Part shown: in pieces, positions 18,272 through 28,333 of the stretch
Numbering within the stretch: the first letter of the stretch is position 1
Layout: the number at the start of each line of letters is the position of its first letter
DNA from: an uncultured Verrucomicrobiota bacterium
Lineage (GTDB): Bacteria > Verrucomicrobiota > Verrucomicrobiia > Limisphaerales > UBA9464
Direction of reading: 5' to 3'
NCBI GenBank assembly: GCA_903835555.1
Contig: CAILNN010000007.1
Span: 16,342-80,341, forward strand
Length of the DNA: 64,000 bases
Notes under the pieces: generated by a model
The model's database searches: none
Told to the model about the DNA's origin: nothing
Seen by the model: only the letters and a program-made list of their open reading frames with translations
Program-made: the position numbers and the translations under genes

Positions 18272-21200
18272 TAGGCAGCTCCTTTCTTCTCCGAAGCATG
18301 GCCAGGATGGCTCTCCTCGGTTTTCTCAAACGGATTTTCGTGACGGAACGTTTCGTAGTCGCGGAGGGAATCGGGCATGGTGCGCTTTTCCAACTTAGCG
18401 ATCTCCGGGTTGGGATTTCGAATTCGGGCAAGGTAGGTAACCCGGGGGCGAATATCGAGGAAGCCCAGAACCGAGTAGTTGCGAGGGTCTTTTTTTAATT
18501 CCGAAACCTTGCTCTTGGGATCGAGGAGGTTACCGAAATTAATGGCTTCCGCCGGGCAAACCTGTTGGCAAGCGGTCTTGAGAGCCCCATCACGCACCGC
18601 AACGTCCGAGCTGTCGCGGGCGATATTCTTTTGGGCGATCTTGGCCTGCTCAATCCGCTGGACACAGAAGGTGCATTTCTCCATGACGCCCCGCATCCGC
18701 ACGGTTACATCCGGATTCTTGACCAGTTTGATGATTTCCCATTGCGGATCGGTGTTCTTGTTTGGACCTAGCGGACCGTGATAGAGTGGTCCTTCCACAT
18801 TGAGGAAGAGGTTGCCTTCGTTTTTTCCGTAGCTGATCTCGCGCTTGTTGTAGTCGAAGAAATTGAAGCGCCGAACCTTGAAGGGACAGTTGTTGGAACA
18901 ATAGCGAGTGCCAATGCACCGGTTGTAGGCCATGACGTTGACACCTTCCTCGTCGTGGACGGTGGCATTAACCGGGCAGACGCTTTCGCAGGGAGCCGCC
19001 TCGCAATGCTGGCAGAACATCGGCTGGACAACCATCTGGGGGTCTTCAGAAACGTGTTCGCCAGTAATTTCCAAGGCTGGGTCGTGGCTGTAGTATCGGT
19101 CGAGACGAAGCCAGTGCATTTCACGGCCACGCATCACCTGGTCTTTGCCAACAATGGGAATGTTGTTTTCCGCCTGGCAGGCCATGACGCAGGCACCACA
19201 ACCGACACACGAGCCAAGGTCAATGGTCATTCCCCATTGATGAACCTCCGACTTGGTGAATGGATTCTGCTGGTACGGATGCTTATAGATGTTCTTGATC
19301 GAGCCATCTTCCCGATGCGGAACGTAGTGGGGGAGATGCTCATCAAGGTCCATGTGAGCGGCAAAATCAGCTCGCTCCTTGAACTGATCGAGATTGGCCT
19401 CGCGAATCACCGGACGCCCTTCCATCAGGCCGTGCTCCTGAACAGTGGCAACGAACGCCTTGCGAAGGATGGGTTTGAGGGTGGCACCCGTCGACCAATA
19501 CCGATTAGCCGCCGTCTGCAAGGCGTAAGCATTGAAACCACTGCCAGCTCCGACACGACCTACCACGGAACGTCCGTACCCAAGTGCCAGAGCGACGACG
19601 TTATCGGCCAAACCGGGCTGAATCCAAACGGGTCCACGGATGGTCCGGCCATTGACGGTGACTTCGATGATTTGCTGCTCGTATTGACCACTGTGGGCGG
19701 CGGCGTAGTCCGTCGATGCCCCCTGCCCTGTCAGGCCCAAGTTCTTGCCGGTCGCGGGAGAAATCATCACCACATTTTCCCAGACTATTTTAGTCACGGG
19801 ATCCGGCAGTTCCTGAAGCCAACCGTTGTTGGTGAACCGTCCATCGTCGACTTTAGAGTCGCGGTGCAAAATGACTTCGATTCCCGACGAAGTGGCGGGG
19901 GTAAAAGCTGCCCACGCTTTGAGGGCGGCTCTCGAATCAAACTTGCCGGAGACAGGTTCTGGAGCGCTATCCTTGAGAAAACCATCGTGGAGGAATTGTT
20001 TCCAAGCTTGATCGTCCCCTTTGAAGTTCGCGCGGACAATGTCGTAGGCCGACGACTTGGATTCACCCAACAAGCGGGCGAGGAATTCCAACTCGGTTAA
20101 GCCGCCGAGGAGCGGTTCAATCAAAGGCTGGACGGGTACCAACGTTCCATCACTGGTGAGGGCATCGCCCCACGATTCGAGGAAGTGAGTGGAGGAAAGG
20201 TGCCAGACATCGCCCTTGGTCTTGGCGGTGCTGGTTTCGTCCTCATAGTAGCCATACCGGATGATGTTCTTGGCTCCGGATAGGGCGGAGGCAAAGTCGA
20301 GATCAGCCGGGGCGTTGTAGACCGGATTGCCACCGAGGATGACGAGCGTATCCACACCGCTCTTGATGGCGGCAACGGCTTCCGACACTCCTCCGTGCGA
20401 AGGCGGCTGGGGCGTTGGAAGCAATTGGACCGTCTTGCCGATCGCGCCGAGTTCGGCATTGATGGCATGGGCGATCAGGTGGACGGCGAGCGGTTGTGAA
20501 TAACCGACGACCACGGCGATTGCTCCTCCGGCGGCCTTCAAGTCGTCTGCACAGGCTTTGGCCCAATCGGCACTGGCGGGAGAATCATGCGCCAAGCGTT
20601 GGCAGGCACCGGCTAGTTCGCCCTTGAGGATGAAGGAAGCAATTTGTGCGGCCACGCGAACGACGTCGCTGGGACGAACACGCAACCGGTGATCGGCCTG
20701 TCCGCCAGTGAGGCTGAACAAAGACTCGACCACATACAGCCGGTTCATGTCGTCGCCGGGCTTACGCCCGCGAGCAAATCCGCGAATGTGGTGAGCGGCA
20801 TCGGATTCAGAGCCGACAAAGTCACAATCCAGGGATAGAATTCGGCGCGCTTTCTCCAGATGGAGATGCGGAGTCACTTCGATGCCAAAGGCAAGGCTCG
20901 CCGATTCACGGTGAATATCGAAATCGACTGGCTCATAGGAAAACCATTTTGCCTTGGGGAATTTGGATACCAGCTTTTCCTGGAGAGTTGCGCGGGAGGG
21001 TGAGGTGCTGCGATCGGCGAGAATCACCAAACCGTCACCACTGTTGGCGGTAAACTTTTTGGCGGTGGCGGCGAGGGCGTCGCGGACCTTTTCCACTTTG
21101 ACGTCGTTGCCGTTCAGAGTATGCCGGGCACCGCGATCGGGATCGTAAAGATTCAGGAGGGCTGCCTGAGCGTAAAGGTCGGTGGCACCGTTGCTATCGG

Positions 21201-21591
21201 GATGCAGCGGGTTGCCTTCGATCTTGGTCGGACGCCCGTCGGAGGATTTGACAATGAGCGGAACGGCACCAGCTCGGGCCGGCATGGCGGTGGCGAAATA
21301 CTGCCAGCCTCCGTGGGTATAGTTCTCCGGCTGCTTTGCGAAGGGTAAAAGGTGTGTTTCCGGACGACGGCATCCGGCCGCCATGCCGCCGAGGCCAGCC
21401 AGCAGAAAACTGGCCGACATCAGTTTCATCCACTCGCGTCGGCTTTCACCTTCCGGAGCGATGCTCGCACCGGCAGGGAATTCGCGTTCAACCCATTGAC
21501 GGAATTCCGGACGATCCGCGAGGTGGTCCAAGGAACGCCAATACTTCGGGCCGGTTTCCGGCTCAGGACAAACAGGGGGAATCGTCTTCAT
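18271..21591 (-). CDS. actB: Alternative complex III subunit ActB (molybdopterin-oxidoreductase-like + 4Fe-4S domains)
   Basis: Start chosen at [21 protein letters not shown] (an ATGA overlap with the actA stop at 21588-21591). It has a Tat-like SRREWMKL motif and C-terminal ferredoxin motifs ([37 protein letters not shown]). The 126-aa N-terminal extension of the listed ORF overlaps actA. Confidence 0.9.
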   Translation of the reverse strand: MKTIPPVCPEPETGPKYWRSLDHLADRPEFRQWVEREFPAGASIAPEGESRREWMKLMSASFLLAGLGGMAAGCRRPETHLLPFAKQPENYTHGGWQYFATAMPARAGAVPLIVKSSDGRPTKIEGNPLHPDSNGATDLYAQAALLNLYDPDRGARHTLNGNDVKVEKVRDALAATAKKFTANSGDGLVILADRSTSPSRATLQEKLVSKFPKAKWFSYEPVDFDIHRESASLAFGIEVTPHLHLEKARRILSLDCDFVGSESDAAHHIRGFARGRKPGDDMNRLYVVESLFSLTGGQADHRLRVRPSDVVRVAAQIASFILKGELAGACQRLAHDSPASADWAKACADDLKAAGGAIAVVVGYSQPLAVHLIAHAINAELGAIGKTVQLLPTPQPPSHGGVSEAVAAIKSGVDTLVILGGNPVYNAPADLDFASALSGAKNIIRYGYYEDETSTAKTKGDVWHLSSTHFLESWGDALTSDGTLVPVQPLIEPLLGGLTELEFLARLLGESKSSAYDIVRANFKGDDQAWKQFLHDGFLKDSAPEPVSGKFDSRAALKAWAAFTPATSSGIEVILHRDSKVDDGRFTNNGWLQELPDPVTKIVWENVVMISPATGKNLGLTGQGASTDYAAAHSGQYEQQIIEVTVNGRTIRGPVWIQPGLADNVVALALGYGRSVVGRVGAGSGFNAYALQTAANRYWSTGATLKPILRKAFVATVQEHGLMEGRPVIREANLDQFKERADFAAHMDLDEHLPHYVPHREDGSIKNIYKHPYQQNPFTKSEVHQWGMTIDLGSCVGCGACVMACQAENNIPIVGKDQVMRGREMHWLRLDRYYSHDPALEITGEHVSEDPQMVVQPMFCQHCEAAPCESVCPVNATVHDEEGVNVMAYNRCIGTRYCSNNCPFKVRRFNFFDYNKREISYGKNEGNLFLNVEGPLYHGPLGPNKNTDPQWEIIKLVKNPDVTVRMRGVMEKCTFCVQRIEQAKIAQKNIARDSSDVAVRDGALKTACQQVCPAEAINFGNLLDPKSKVSELKKDPRNYSVLGFLDIRPRVTYLARIRNPNPEIAKLEKRTMPDSLRDYETFRHENPFEKTEESHPGHASEKKGAA

Positions 21592-22283
21592 CGGTGACAG
21601 GTCGAACAGCTCTGGCCGGGTTTCACATTCCAGTCGTTCACCAGCTTTTTGCCATCGACGGCTCCAGCCCAATCCAGTTGGGTTACGAGGTCGACGGGTC
21701 GGATTTTCTCTTCCGGTGCCCGGTGACAGTCGAGGCAGAATCCCATCGACAAGGGCTTGGCATGGAAGACTTCCTCCATGTGGTTGATTTGACCATGGCA
21801 GTGAACACAGGAAATCCCGCGGTTCACATGCACAGAGTGATTGAAATAAGCAAAGTCCGGCGTGCGATGCAACTGGACCCAAGGGATCGACTTTCCAGTG
21901 GTATAGCTGTCGCGCACCAGAGCCAATTTGGGGTCTTCCTTGAGCAACAGGCTGTGGCAGTTCATGCACGTCGAACTGGCTGGGATATTGGAGAACCAGG
22001 AACGTTCAACCGCTGAATGGCAGTAGCGGCAATCGATGCCGAGTTGGTCGGCATGGATGTTGTGTGAGAAGGCCACCGGTTGTTTGGGTTGGTACCCGAC
22101 CCGCGAATACTTGGGGGTCCAGTAGTACCAGACACCCGCCGTAGCCGCCCCGCCTAGGCACGCCACCGCGACGGCCAGCTTTAATGGCAACAGGTTGGTC
22201 CACTTGGGAAAGATAGAAGGCATGACTGAGACTTGCTTGACCGGTCCACCGCAATCCTGCGCGGCGGGGTCCCGATCGTTCAT
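21588..22283 (-). CDS. actA: Alternative complex III penta-haem cytochrome c subunit ActA
   Basis: It has five CxxCH motifs (CRYCH, CMNCH, CVHCH, CLDCH, CSTCH) and an N-terminal TM segment. An alternative start is MPSIF at 22223. Confidence 0.9.
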   Translation of the reverse strand: MNDRDPAAQDCGGPVKQVSVMPSIFPKWTNLLPLKLAVAVACLGGAATAGVWYYWTPKYSRVGYQPKQPVAFSHNIHADQLGIDCRYCHSAVERSWFSNIPASSTCMNCHSLLLKEDPKLALVRDSYTTGKSIPWVQLHRTPDFAYFNHSVHVNRGISCVHCHGQINHMEEVFHAKPLSMGFCLDCHRAPEEKIRPVDLVTQLDWAGAVDGKKLVNDWNVKPGQSCSTCHR

Positions 22284-22470
22284 GGCACTAATTCAACATC
22301 GAAATTTACTTGTTACATCCAATAAATCCTCGGTCCAACAGTCTCCTCTATCGGACGATCTCGGTTTTTTGGCAACAGCCAAACCGCCGATGGCGAAAAC
22401 TATCGGACCGGATAATTCGGCGAATAAGTCCACGCTCCCCGCCGTACGAACATCACCGTGACGCCGTAAC

Positions 22471-22490
22471 CTTGTGAAAAAAATCACAAG
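22471..22490. promoter_or_regulatory. Perfect CRP/FNR-family type palindrome CTTGTGA-N6-TCACAAG
   Basis: TGTGA (22473-22477), six A residues, then TCACA (22484-22488). It sits in the 400-nt divergent region between actA and cysS. A second CTTGTGA half-site lies at 22523-22529. Confidence 0.4.
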
Positions 22491-22685
22491 CCTGCCATCC
22501 AGTGCAAGCGTGGAATCGATTTCTTGTGAGTGATTTTCTGTAACCCCTTGATTTGCAGGCTTGTTTTCATCCAGGGAAGTTGGTGGATTTGCTGCAATGC
22601 CGAGTCATCTTCCTGCGATGCTGTGCCGTTTGGAGGACTTTCGCTTTCCGTTCGCGGCCCCCTTCCCTATCCTCCAAATCGCATC

Positions 22686-24116
22686 ATGGCTTTGCAGTTG
22701 TTCAATTCGCTTTCCCGGCAGGTGGAAACATTTGTGCCGCTCGACCCGGAGCGGCGTTCATCCGATGGTCGACCCTATGTCGGTCTCTATTGCTGCGGAC
22801 CGACGGTTTACGACTACGGTCATATCGGCAATTTCCGAACCTTCGTTTTCTCGGACTTGGTCCGGCGCTATCTCGACTTTCGCGGATATGGGGTGCGGGC
22901 GGTGATGAACATCACCGATGTCGAGGACAAGATCATCCGTCGCGTCCAAAAAAGCGGCCAAGGCCTTCGCGAATTCACCAGCGTGTACGAAAAGGCCTTT
23001 TTGGAAGACCTCCGGACTTTGAACTGTCAACCGAGTGAAATGCCTCGGGCCACTGACCATATCGCCGACATGATCGCCTTGATTTCCAAACTGGAAGCCC
23101 GTGGACTAGCCTATCGGACACCAGACGGATCGGTGTGGTTTAGCATTGGGAATTACCAGGGATGCGGATGCCGGTATGGTGTACTCAAGGCCCTGGATTT
23201 CAGCCAGATGCGGGCGGGTGAACGGGTGGCGGCGGATGAATATGAGAAGGAATCGGCGGCTGACTTCGCCCTGTGGAAGGCCCGCGTGCCCGAGGATGGC
23301 GAGGTCAGTTGGGAAAGTCCGTGGGGTCCTGGGCGTCCGGGATGGCACATCGAATGTTCCGCAATGAGTATGGCCTTGTTGGGGCCCAGCTTCGATTTGC
23401 ACTTGGGAGGTGAGGACCTCGCCTTTCCCCATCACGAAGATGAAATCGCGCAGAGCGAAGGAAGCGCGATGCAGGGGCCGGGACGTCCCTTTGTAAAATA
23501 CTGGCTGCATGGGGCGCACCTCCTGGTCGAAGGAATGAAAATGAGCAAGTCGCTGGGTAATTTTTTCACCCTTCGGGACCTGACCGCCAAGGGATTTCAG
23601 GGACGGGAGATTCGTCAATTACTGATGAGTGCCTATTACCGTGAAACATTCAATTTCACTATGGACGGACTGGCGGGCGCACGCTCGGCATTGACGCGGA
23701 TTGACGAATGCGTTGACAAGCTGGGTGGACTGGCGGGAAACCAGAATGCTGCGGCAGACTCTACCTTGTTGAGCGCGTTCACCGAAGCCATGGACGATGA
23801 CCTCAATGTCGCACGGGCGTGGGCGGTGGTCTTCGACTGGGTGCGGGAAACCAATCGCCAATTGGCGGCGAAGGTAATGACCTCAGTCCAGGCGGCTTCG
23901 GCTTTGGCTGCGTGGACACAAATCAACTCGGTGCTGGGATTGGGGCGACGGGTGGTGGAAGAGGCTCCAGCCGACCTTTTGGCCTTGGCGCACGAACGGG
24001 TGCTGGCGAAAAAGGCAAAGGATTTCGCGAAGGCAGACCAATTGCGTCAGCAAGTCAAATCGCAGGGCTGGGTGATTGAGGATACCCCTGCCGGGCCAAG
24101 GTTGAAGAGGGGATGA
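22686..24116 (+). CDS. cysS: Cysteine--tRNA ligase
   Basis: MALQLFNSLSR..., the HIGH region (YDYGHIGN) and KMSKS are all present. Start chosen at 22686, because the upstream part of ORF 22530.. is not CysS-like. Confidence 0.92.
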   Translation: MALQLFNSLSRQVETFVPLDPERRSSDGRPYVGLYCCGPTVYDYGHIGNFRTFVFSDLVRRYLDFRGYGVRAVMNITDVEDKIIRRVQKSGQGLREFTSVYEKAFLEDLRTLNCQPSEMPRATDHIADMIALISKLEARGLAYRTPDGSVWFSIGNYQGCGCRYGVLKALDFSQMRAGERVAADEYEKESAADFALWKARVPEDGEVSWESPWGPGRPGWHIECSAMSMALLGPSFDLHLGGEDLAFPHHEDEIAQSEGSAMQGPGRPFVKYWLHGAHLLVEGMKMSKSLGNFFTLRDLTAKGFQGREIRQLLMSAYYRETFNFTMDGLAGARSALTRIDECVDKLGGLAGNQNAAADSTLLSAFTEAMDDDLNVARAWAVVFDWVRETNRQLAAKVMTSVQAASALAAWTQINSVLGLGRRVVEEAPADLLALAHERVLAKKAKDFAKADQLRQQVKSQGWVIEDTPAGPRLKRG

Positions 24117-24119
24117 GGT

Positions 24120-24718
24120 TATAATCAACGAAGCCGAAGTTCAGGCTTTATTGGTTGAGTTGGAGTCAGATCGCGTTGAAAGAACGATCTCCACCTCCAA
24201 TATGGAGAAGCTCTCAGGCTGTCTGTGCTTTTGCTAACGACTTTGCGGGCATCTCAAGCCTTGTTATCTCTTCATTGGAGTAGCGGACGACGATTCATTG
24301 ATTGGTTTGCGAGTCACGGATGAACTCCTCCAATTGCTGGGAGGACTGCATTCGGACGGAAATATCCAACCAATGCAGGAATCCTCGCGTTGCCATGCGG
24401 GAGCTGTTGCTCAACGCGGTGGTGCATCGCAGCTACCAGTCGACGGCTCCCGTCCGATTTTATTGCTTTAGCGATCGCATGATGATTGAGAATCCCGGGG
24501 GACTGTACGGTTAGGCGACGCTCGAAACGTTTCTGAATACCGTGGGCTACCGAAAGCCGATTCTGGCTGAAGCCACGCGGGTATTGGGTTTTACCAATCG
24601 ATTTGGACAAGGGATCGCACGGGTTCAAAAGGCGCTGGAAATCAATGGAAATCCACCCGCCGAGTTTCATTTTGAACTGTTCTTGTTTCGGGTGATCGTA
24701 AGGCCTCGGAGGGTTTAG
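24120..24718 (+). pseudogene. Decayed AlbA_2/Schlafen-like ATP-binding putative DNA-binding regulator
   Basis: Homologous pieces lie in different frames: ESDRVERT... / AVCAFANDFAG / GYLFIGVADDDSLIGL (the AlbA_2 part), then ELLLNAVVHRSYQSTAPVRFYCFSDRMMIENPGGLYG, an in-frame TAG at 24512-24514, then RKPILAEATRVLGFTNRFGQGIARV. The total is far shorter than intact family members. Confidence 0.7.
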
Positions 24719-25254
24719 ATTTTGGCCCGGTGGGGTGGTCCGAATACGAGGGCCTCGGTATCCAGCCTTAGTTATCCGTCGGCTCGCCAGTTTGCACCCC
24801 ACCGGCGGGATTATTTTGTCAATAAACTATTGGTATAGAGGCATTTGAACGATTAATGGAGAGGGATTCCGACGAAAAGGCGAGCTAAAACCCAGGTCCT
24901 GGAAAAGGGCAATCCGCGATTTCGCCGACCGATCCGCTACTGGCAGAGCAAACCGATGCCGCAAAAACAATTCAAGGCGGCCTCCCGAAAGGATCAACGT
25001 TGACTTACGACCGACGGCTCCGGAAGGGCGTCTTGCCATCGGTCGGGCTACTTTTGGCAGGGAAAATGCCTTATTATCCAATAGACATGGAATTCTATTG
25101 CAGTTCCTATGTCTCTATTGGTATTTCACAGACCATAAAAATAAGCCAGAAAACCGAGGCACCCATGGGCATGTCCCATGAACGTCGCTGTCGCGATTCA
25201 GATTTGCCATGGGTCACTGGTTTTGTTGACCGCTAGAACCGTAGGGAATTACCC

Positions 25255-26724
25255 ATGAGCATGCCAACGTCGCTGCAAAGTCCGCAGGTGAATCCCATTC
25301 TCCAACCGCTGGTGTTCCCGAAGGTGGCCCGTGATGCGACTGGAAAGCTGGTGGTAACTCCGGGAATGGGCCTAACCGTCAAGAATCGGATATTTCGATC
25401 CAGTATCTCTGGACAATTTGATCACTACAATGGGACCGGTTCGGAGGTTCGGATCCGATGGGAGGAAAAATTCGCCCGAGGTGGGGTGGGTGCAATCATA
25501 TCCTCTTTTGTACCTGTACGATTGGACGGACGGATATTGCCGCGATATGCCCTTATTCATGACGATTCAACGATTCCGTTTTGGGAAGCCCTGGTAAAAC
25601 GAGTGCATGCCTTTGGCTGTAAGTACATCATTCAACTCAGTCATGGCGGACGTCAGCGCGATGTCCCTGGGGTGGAGAACATGATGGAGGCGGGTAAATC
25701 ATCAACCAACCAGACGGACAGCTTCCACGGACTCCTGGCGCGGGCCATGACCCGGGATGAAATCCATGAGATCGTGCAATCTTTTGCTGCGGGAGCTCGC
25801 CGTGCCAAGGCTGCGGGAGCGGATGGGGTCGAGTTGCATGCCTCCCACGGGTATCTATTCACTCAGTTTTTGAGTTCAGCAATCAATGATCGCACCGATG
25901 AATACGGCGGATCCATCAACAACCGGGCGCGATTTCTCCTGGAGGTCATTCGAGCGATTCGGGCGGAAGTGGGTTGGGATTTTCATGTTCAAGCGAAAAT
26001 CAATATCCTTGATCTCAACCGTGCATTTTTCCCCCTGGAATGGAAACAGGGTAATACCGTGGAAGAGGCGCTCCAAGTTTTTGCCTGGGCGGAGGAGGAA
26101 GGATTGAATGGGCTGCATGTCTCCGCCGGGACAACCTTCCCGCATCCGCTCGTACCACCGGGCGGCTTCCCAATTGATGAGGCCAATCGCCTCTATGGAG
26201 TCATGTGCCTGAGTGGTACACACGGATATCTCAATTATACCCTGTTCCATTTCCCATGGCTGCGGTGGATTTTCCGAGCCATCTGGAATCGAACCAAGAA
26301 AGATTTCCCCATCGAGGGGGTGACGGCCGCCCTCTGCAAGTTGGTCAAAGACGAGGCGATCGCCCGGGGATCCGCTCGCGGACTAAGAGTAAGTGCGGAG
26401 GAAGCCTCCCGGGGCATTCTAGCCCACATTCCGGTCCTGAATACGGGCGGTTATCAGGATGGTGCCCTCATTCGGCGGGTGATCACCGGGGGCCATTGTG
26501 ACGGGGTAGCCATTGCCCGCCCTTTGATTGCTAACAACGACTTGGTGAACAGCTATTTTGCGCAGGGAAAGGACCTGCCGGAGAAACCGTGCACGTTCTG
26601 CAATCGTTGCCTCCTCAACGCCTTGGGGCATCCATTGGGATGCTATGACGAGAGCCGCTTTACCAATCGCGAAGAAATGATTAAGACCGCCATGAGCGTT
26701 TTTCCTGATGCCTATGAACCCTAA
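25255..26724 (+). CDS. Old Yellow Enzyme-family NAD(P)H:flavin oxidoreductase with C-terminal Cys cluster
   Basis: It shows the OYE TIM-barrel pattern (GVGAIISSF..., GVELHASHGYLFTQFLSSAINDRTDEYGGSINNRARFLLEV) and a C-terminal CTFCNRCLLNALGHPLGC motif. Confidence 0.8.
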   Translation: MSMPTSLQSPQVNPILQPLVFPKVARDATGKLVVTPGMGLTVKNRIFRSSISGQFDHYNGTGSEVRIRWEEKFARGGVGAIISSFVPVRLDGRILPRYALIHDDSTIPFWEALVKRVHAFGCKYIIQLSHGGRQRDVPGVENMMEAGKSSTNQTDSFHGLLARAMTRDEIHEIVQSFAAGARRAKAAGADGVELHASHGYLFTQFLSSAINDRTDEYGGSINNRARFLLEVIRAIRAEVGWDFHVQAKINILDLNRAFFPLEWKQGNTVEEALQVFAWAEEEGLNGLHVSAGTTFPHPLVPPGGFPIDEANRLYGVMCLSGTHGYLNYTLFHFPWLRWIFRAIWNRTKKDFPIEGVTAALCKLVKDEAIARGSARGLRVSAEEASRGILAHIPVLNTGGYQDGALIRRVITGGHCDGVAIARPLIANNDLVNSYFAQGKDLPEKPCTFCNRCLLNALGHPLGCYDESRFTNREEMIKTAMSVFPDAYEP

Positions 26725-28333
26725 TCCAGACCCGGGCTTGCCGACCACGCGAACCCGCGGAGCTGACCGGGTGTTGGTCGATGTTGTGCGGTCCACTCCG
26801 GTCGAGGTGGCGCTGCGGCGGTTGTGGAGCCGAATCGCTGTAAGCATTGTCCTTCTTCTTTTGCTGCTGATCGTGCTCGCATTGGTTCGTCGTTTTACTA
26901 TCGACCAACCCGTAACCTACAAGACTGAGGCCGAACATTTTTTATACGGCTCCATCGGCAGTGAACCTGGGGGCAGCTTGCTTAGCCCCGTCGGCGGGAT
27001 GCTTCCCCCTTTCCAAATCATGGCCGTGCTGCCAGAGATGTTCCCGGATAAACTTCCGGGCGGTTATGCTTCTCTGGGACTGATTTATGAAAATGGTCCC
27101 GACGGAAAACCACGGGACCTACCCATCGGCCTAAGCCGACGTCATCGATTGGGGATGGAAATGGTCGGGCTCAATTGCGCGGTCTGCCACGTGGGGACTT
27201 ACCGAACATCGGCGGGCACCCCGCGTCGCATTGTCCCGGGTATGCCGGCGCATCAATTGGACCTCCAAGGCCTGTTCGCCTTTGTTTTGGACGTTGTATC
27301 GGACCCCAGATTCACGGCCGACAATGTCATCGGTCATATTGAAGCCAAGTTTGGCCCGATGAATCGTTTCGACCGCTTTGTCCTCGGCACGGCTATCATT
27401 CCCCAGGTGCAACGTCAAACTCTCACGCTTCGGTCGCGCGTTGGCATTCTATTTCAGCCGACGGCGGCGGTGTGGGGTCCCGGACGCGTCGATACGTTCA
27501 ATCCCTATAAATCCCTCCAGTTTGGTTGGTCACTTGAACGGCTTCCGAAGCGGGAACTTGTTGCCGCCTCAGACTTTCCAGCACTCTGGAATCAGGCACC
27601 CCGGCAAGGGTTGAACCTGCACTGGGACGGCAACAATTCCTCGCTCGATGAACGAAACCTCAGCGCAGGCCTTGGGGCAGGAATCACCCCGGTCACGGTA
27701 GACCGCTCAGGGATTGCCCGCGTTAAGTCGTACATTCTCGACCTGCCGCCTCCGAAATGGCCGGAAAGCCCGGAAATGCCGCTGGACCATGCTGCGGCTG
27801 GTCGCGGTGCCGGCATATTCAGGTCATATTGTGCCGAATGTCATGATTTTTCCGGAAAATACATCGGTACGGTGGTTCCGTGGGAGAAAATCCGAACGGA
27901 CCGCGCCCGTTTTGATTCCTACACCCTGGAGTTTTCCGCCAACCAAAACACCCTCTTTCCCAATTCCACTAATCGCTTCAGATCGTTCAAGAAAACCGTT
28001 GGTTACGCTAACCAGCCGCTGGACGGCATTTGGGCGCGAGCACCCTATCTTCACAATGGTTCGGTGCCCAGCCTGAGGGATTTATTGGAACCGTCTTCCC
28101 ATCGTCCAAAACAGTTCTATCGAGGGTGCGATATCTATGATCCCGCACGAGTCGGATTTGTGGATCAGGTAGCGCAAGAAAACGGGCACGCCTATTTTCT
28201 TTACCGCAGCCGTTTGGAGGACGGAACCCCAGTCGACGGTAACTCAAATGAAGGACACGAAGGAGAACTATATGGAACAGAATTGTCGCTCGCGGAGAAG
28301 CATGATCTGATTGAGTATCTGAAGACGCTATGA
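26708..28333 (+). CDS. Membrane-anchored di-haem cytochrome c peroxidase/MauG/RoxA-like protein, paralogue 1
   Basis: It has an N-terminal signal anchor and two CxxCH motifs (CAVCH at 27176-27190, CAECH at 27830-27844). It also has a CCP-like APYLHNGSVPSLRDLL motif. Its start overlaps the OYE gene by 17 nt. Confidence 0.7.
   Translation: MPMNPNPDPGLPTTRTRGADRVLVDVVRSTPVEVALRRLWSRIAVSIVLLLLLLIVLALVRRFTIDQPVTYKTEAEHFLYGSIGSEPGGSLLSPVGGMLPPFQIMAVLPEMFPDKLPGGYASLGLIYENGPDGKPRDLPIGLSRRHRLGMEMVGLNCAVCHVGTYRTSAGTPRRIVPGMPAHQLDLQGLFAFVLDVVSDPRFTADNVIGHIEAKFGPMNRFDRFVLGTAIIPQVQRQTLTLRSRVGILFQPTAAVWGPGRVDTFNPYKSLQFGWSLERLPKRELVAASDFPALWNQAPRQGLNLHWDGNNSSLDERNLSAGLGAGITPVTVDRSGIARVKSYILDLPPPKWPESPEMPLDHAAAGRGAGIFRSYCAECHDFSGKYIGTVVPWEKIRTDRARFDSYTLEFSANQNTLFPNSTNRFRSFKKTVGYANQPLDGIWARAPYLHNGSVPSLRDLLEPSSHRPKQFYRGCDIYDPARVGFVDQVAQENGHAYFLYRSRLEDGTPVDGNSNEGHEGELYGTELSLAEKHDLIEYLKTL

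Noticed and set aside
18778-20100. 440-aa ORF on the plus strand
   Set aside because: It is entirely antisense to actB, which has strong motif support. Its translation is low-complexity with no recognisable motif, a typical shadow ORF in GC-rich DNA.
21592-21969. N-terminal extension of the ActB ORF (126 aa). Similar extensions occur at 7043-7318, 22530-22685, 30542-30724, 35920-36315, 52454-52711, 55797-56009 and 60999-61232.
   Set aside because: These extensions overlap the preceding genes in another frame or are low-complexity. Internal ATGs give canonical N-termini, signal peptides or ATGA coupling.
24314-24802. 162-aa ORF on the minus strand
   Set aside because: It lies antisense to the AlbA_2-like pseudogene fragments, whose plus-strand homology explains the region better.
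25078-25122. Imperfect hairpin (ccaatagacatgg ... cctatgtctctattgg) upstream of the OYE gene
   Set aside because: It has only an 8-bp perfect stem plus a bulged extension in AT-richer DNA. That is not distinctive enough to call an operator or terminator.
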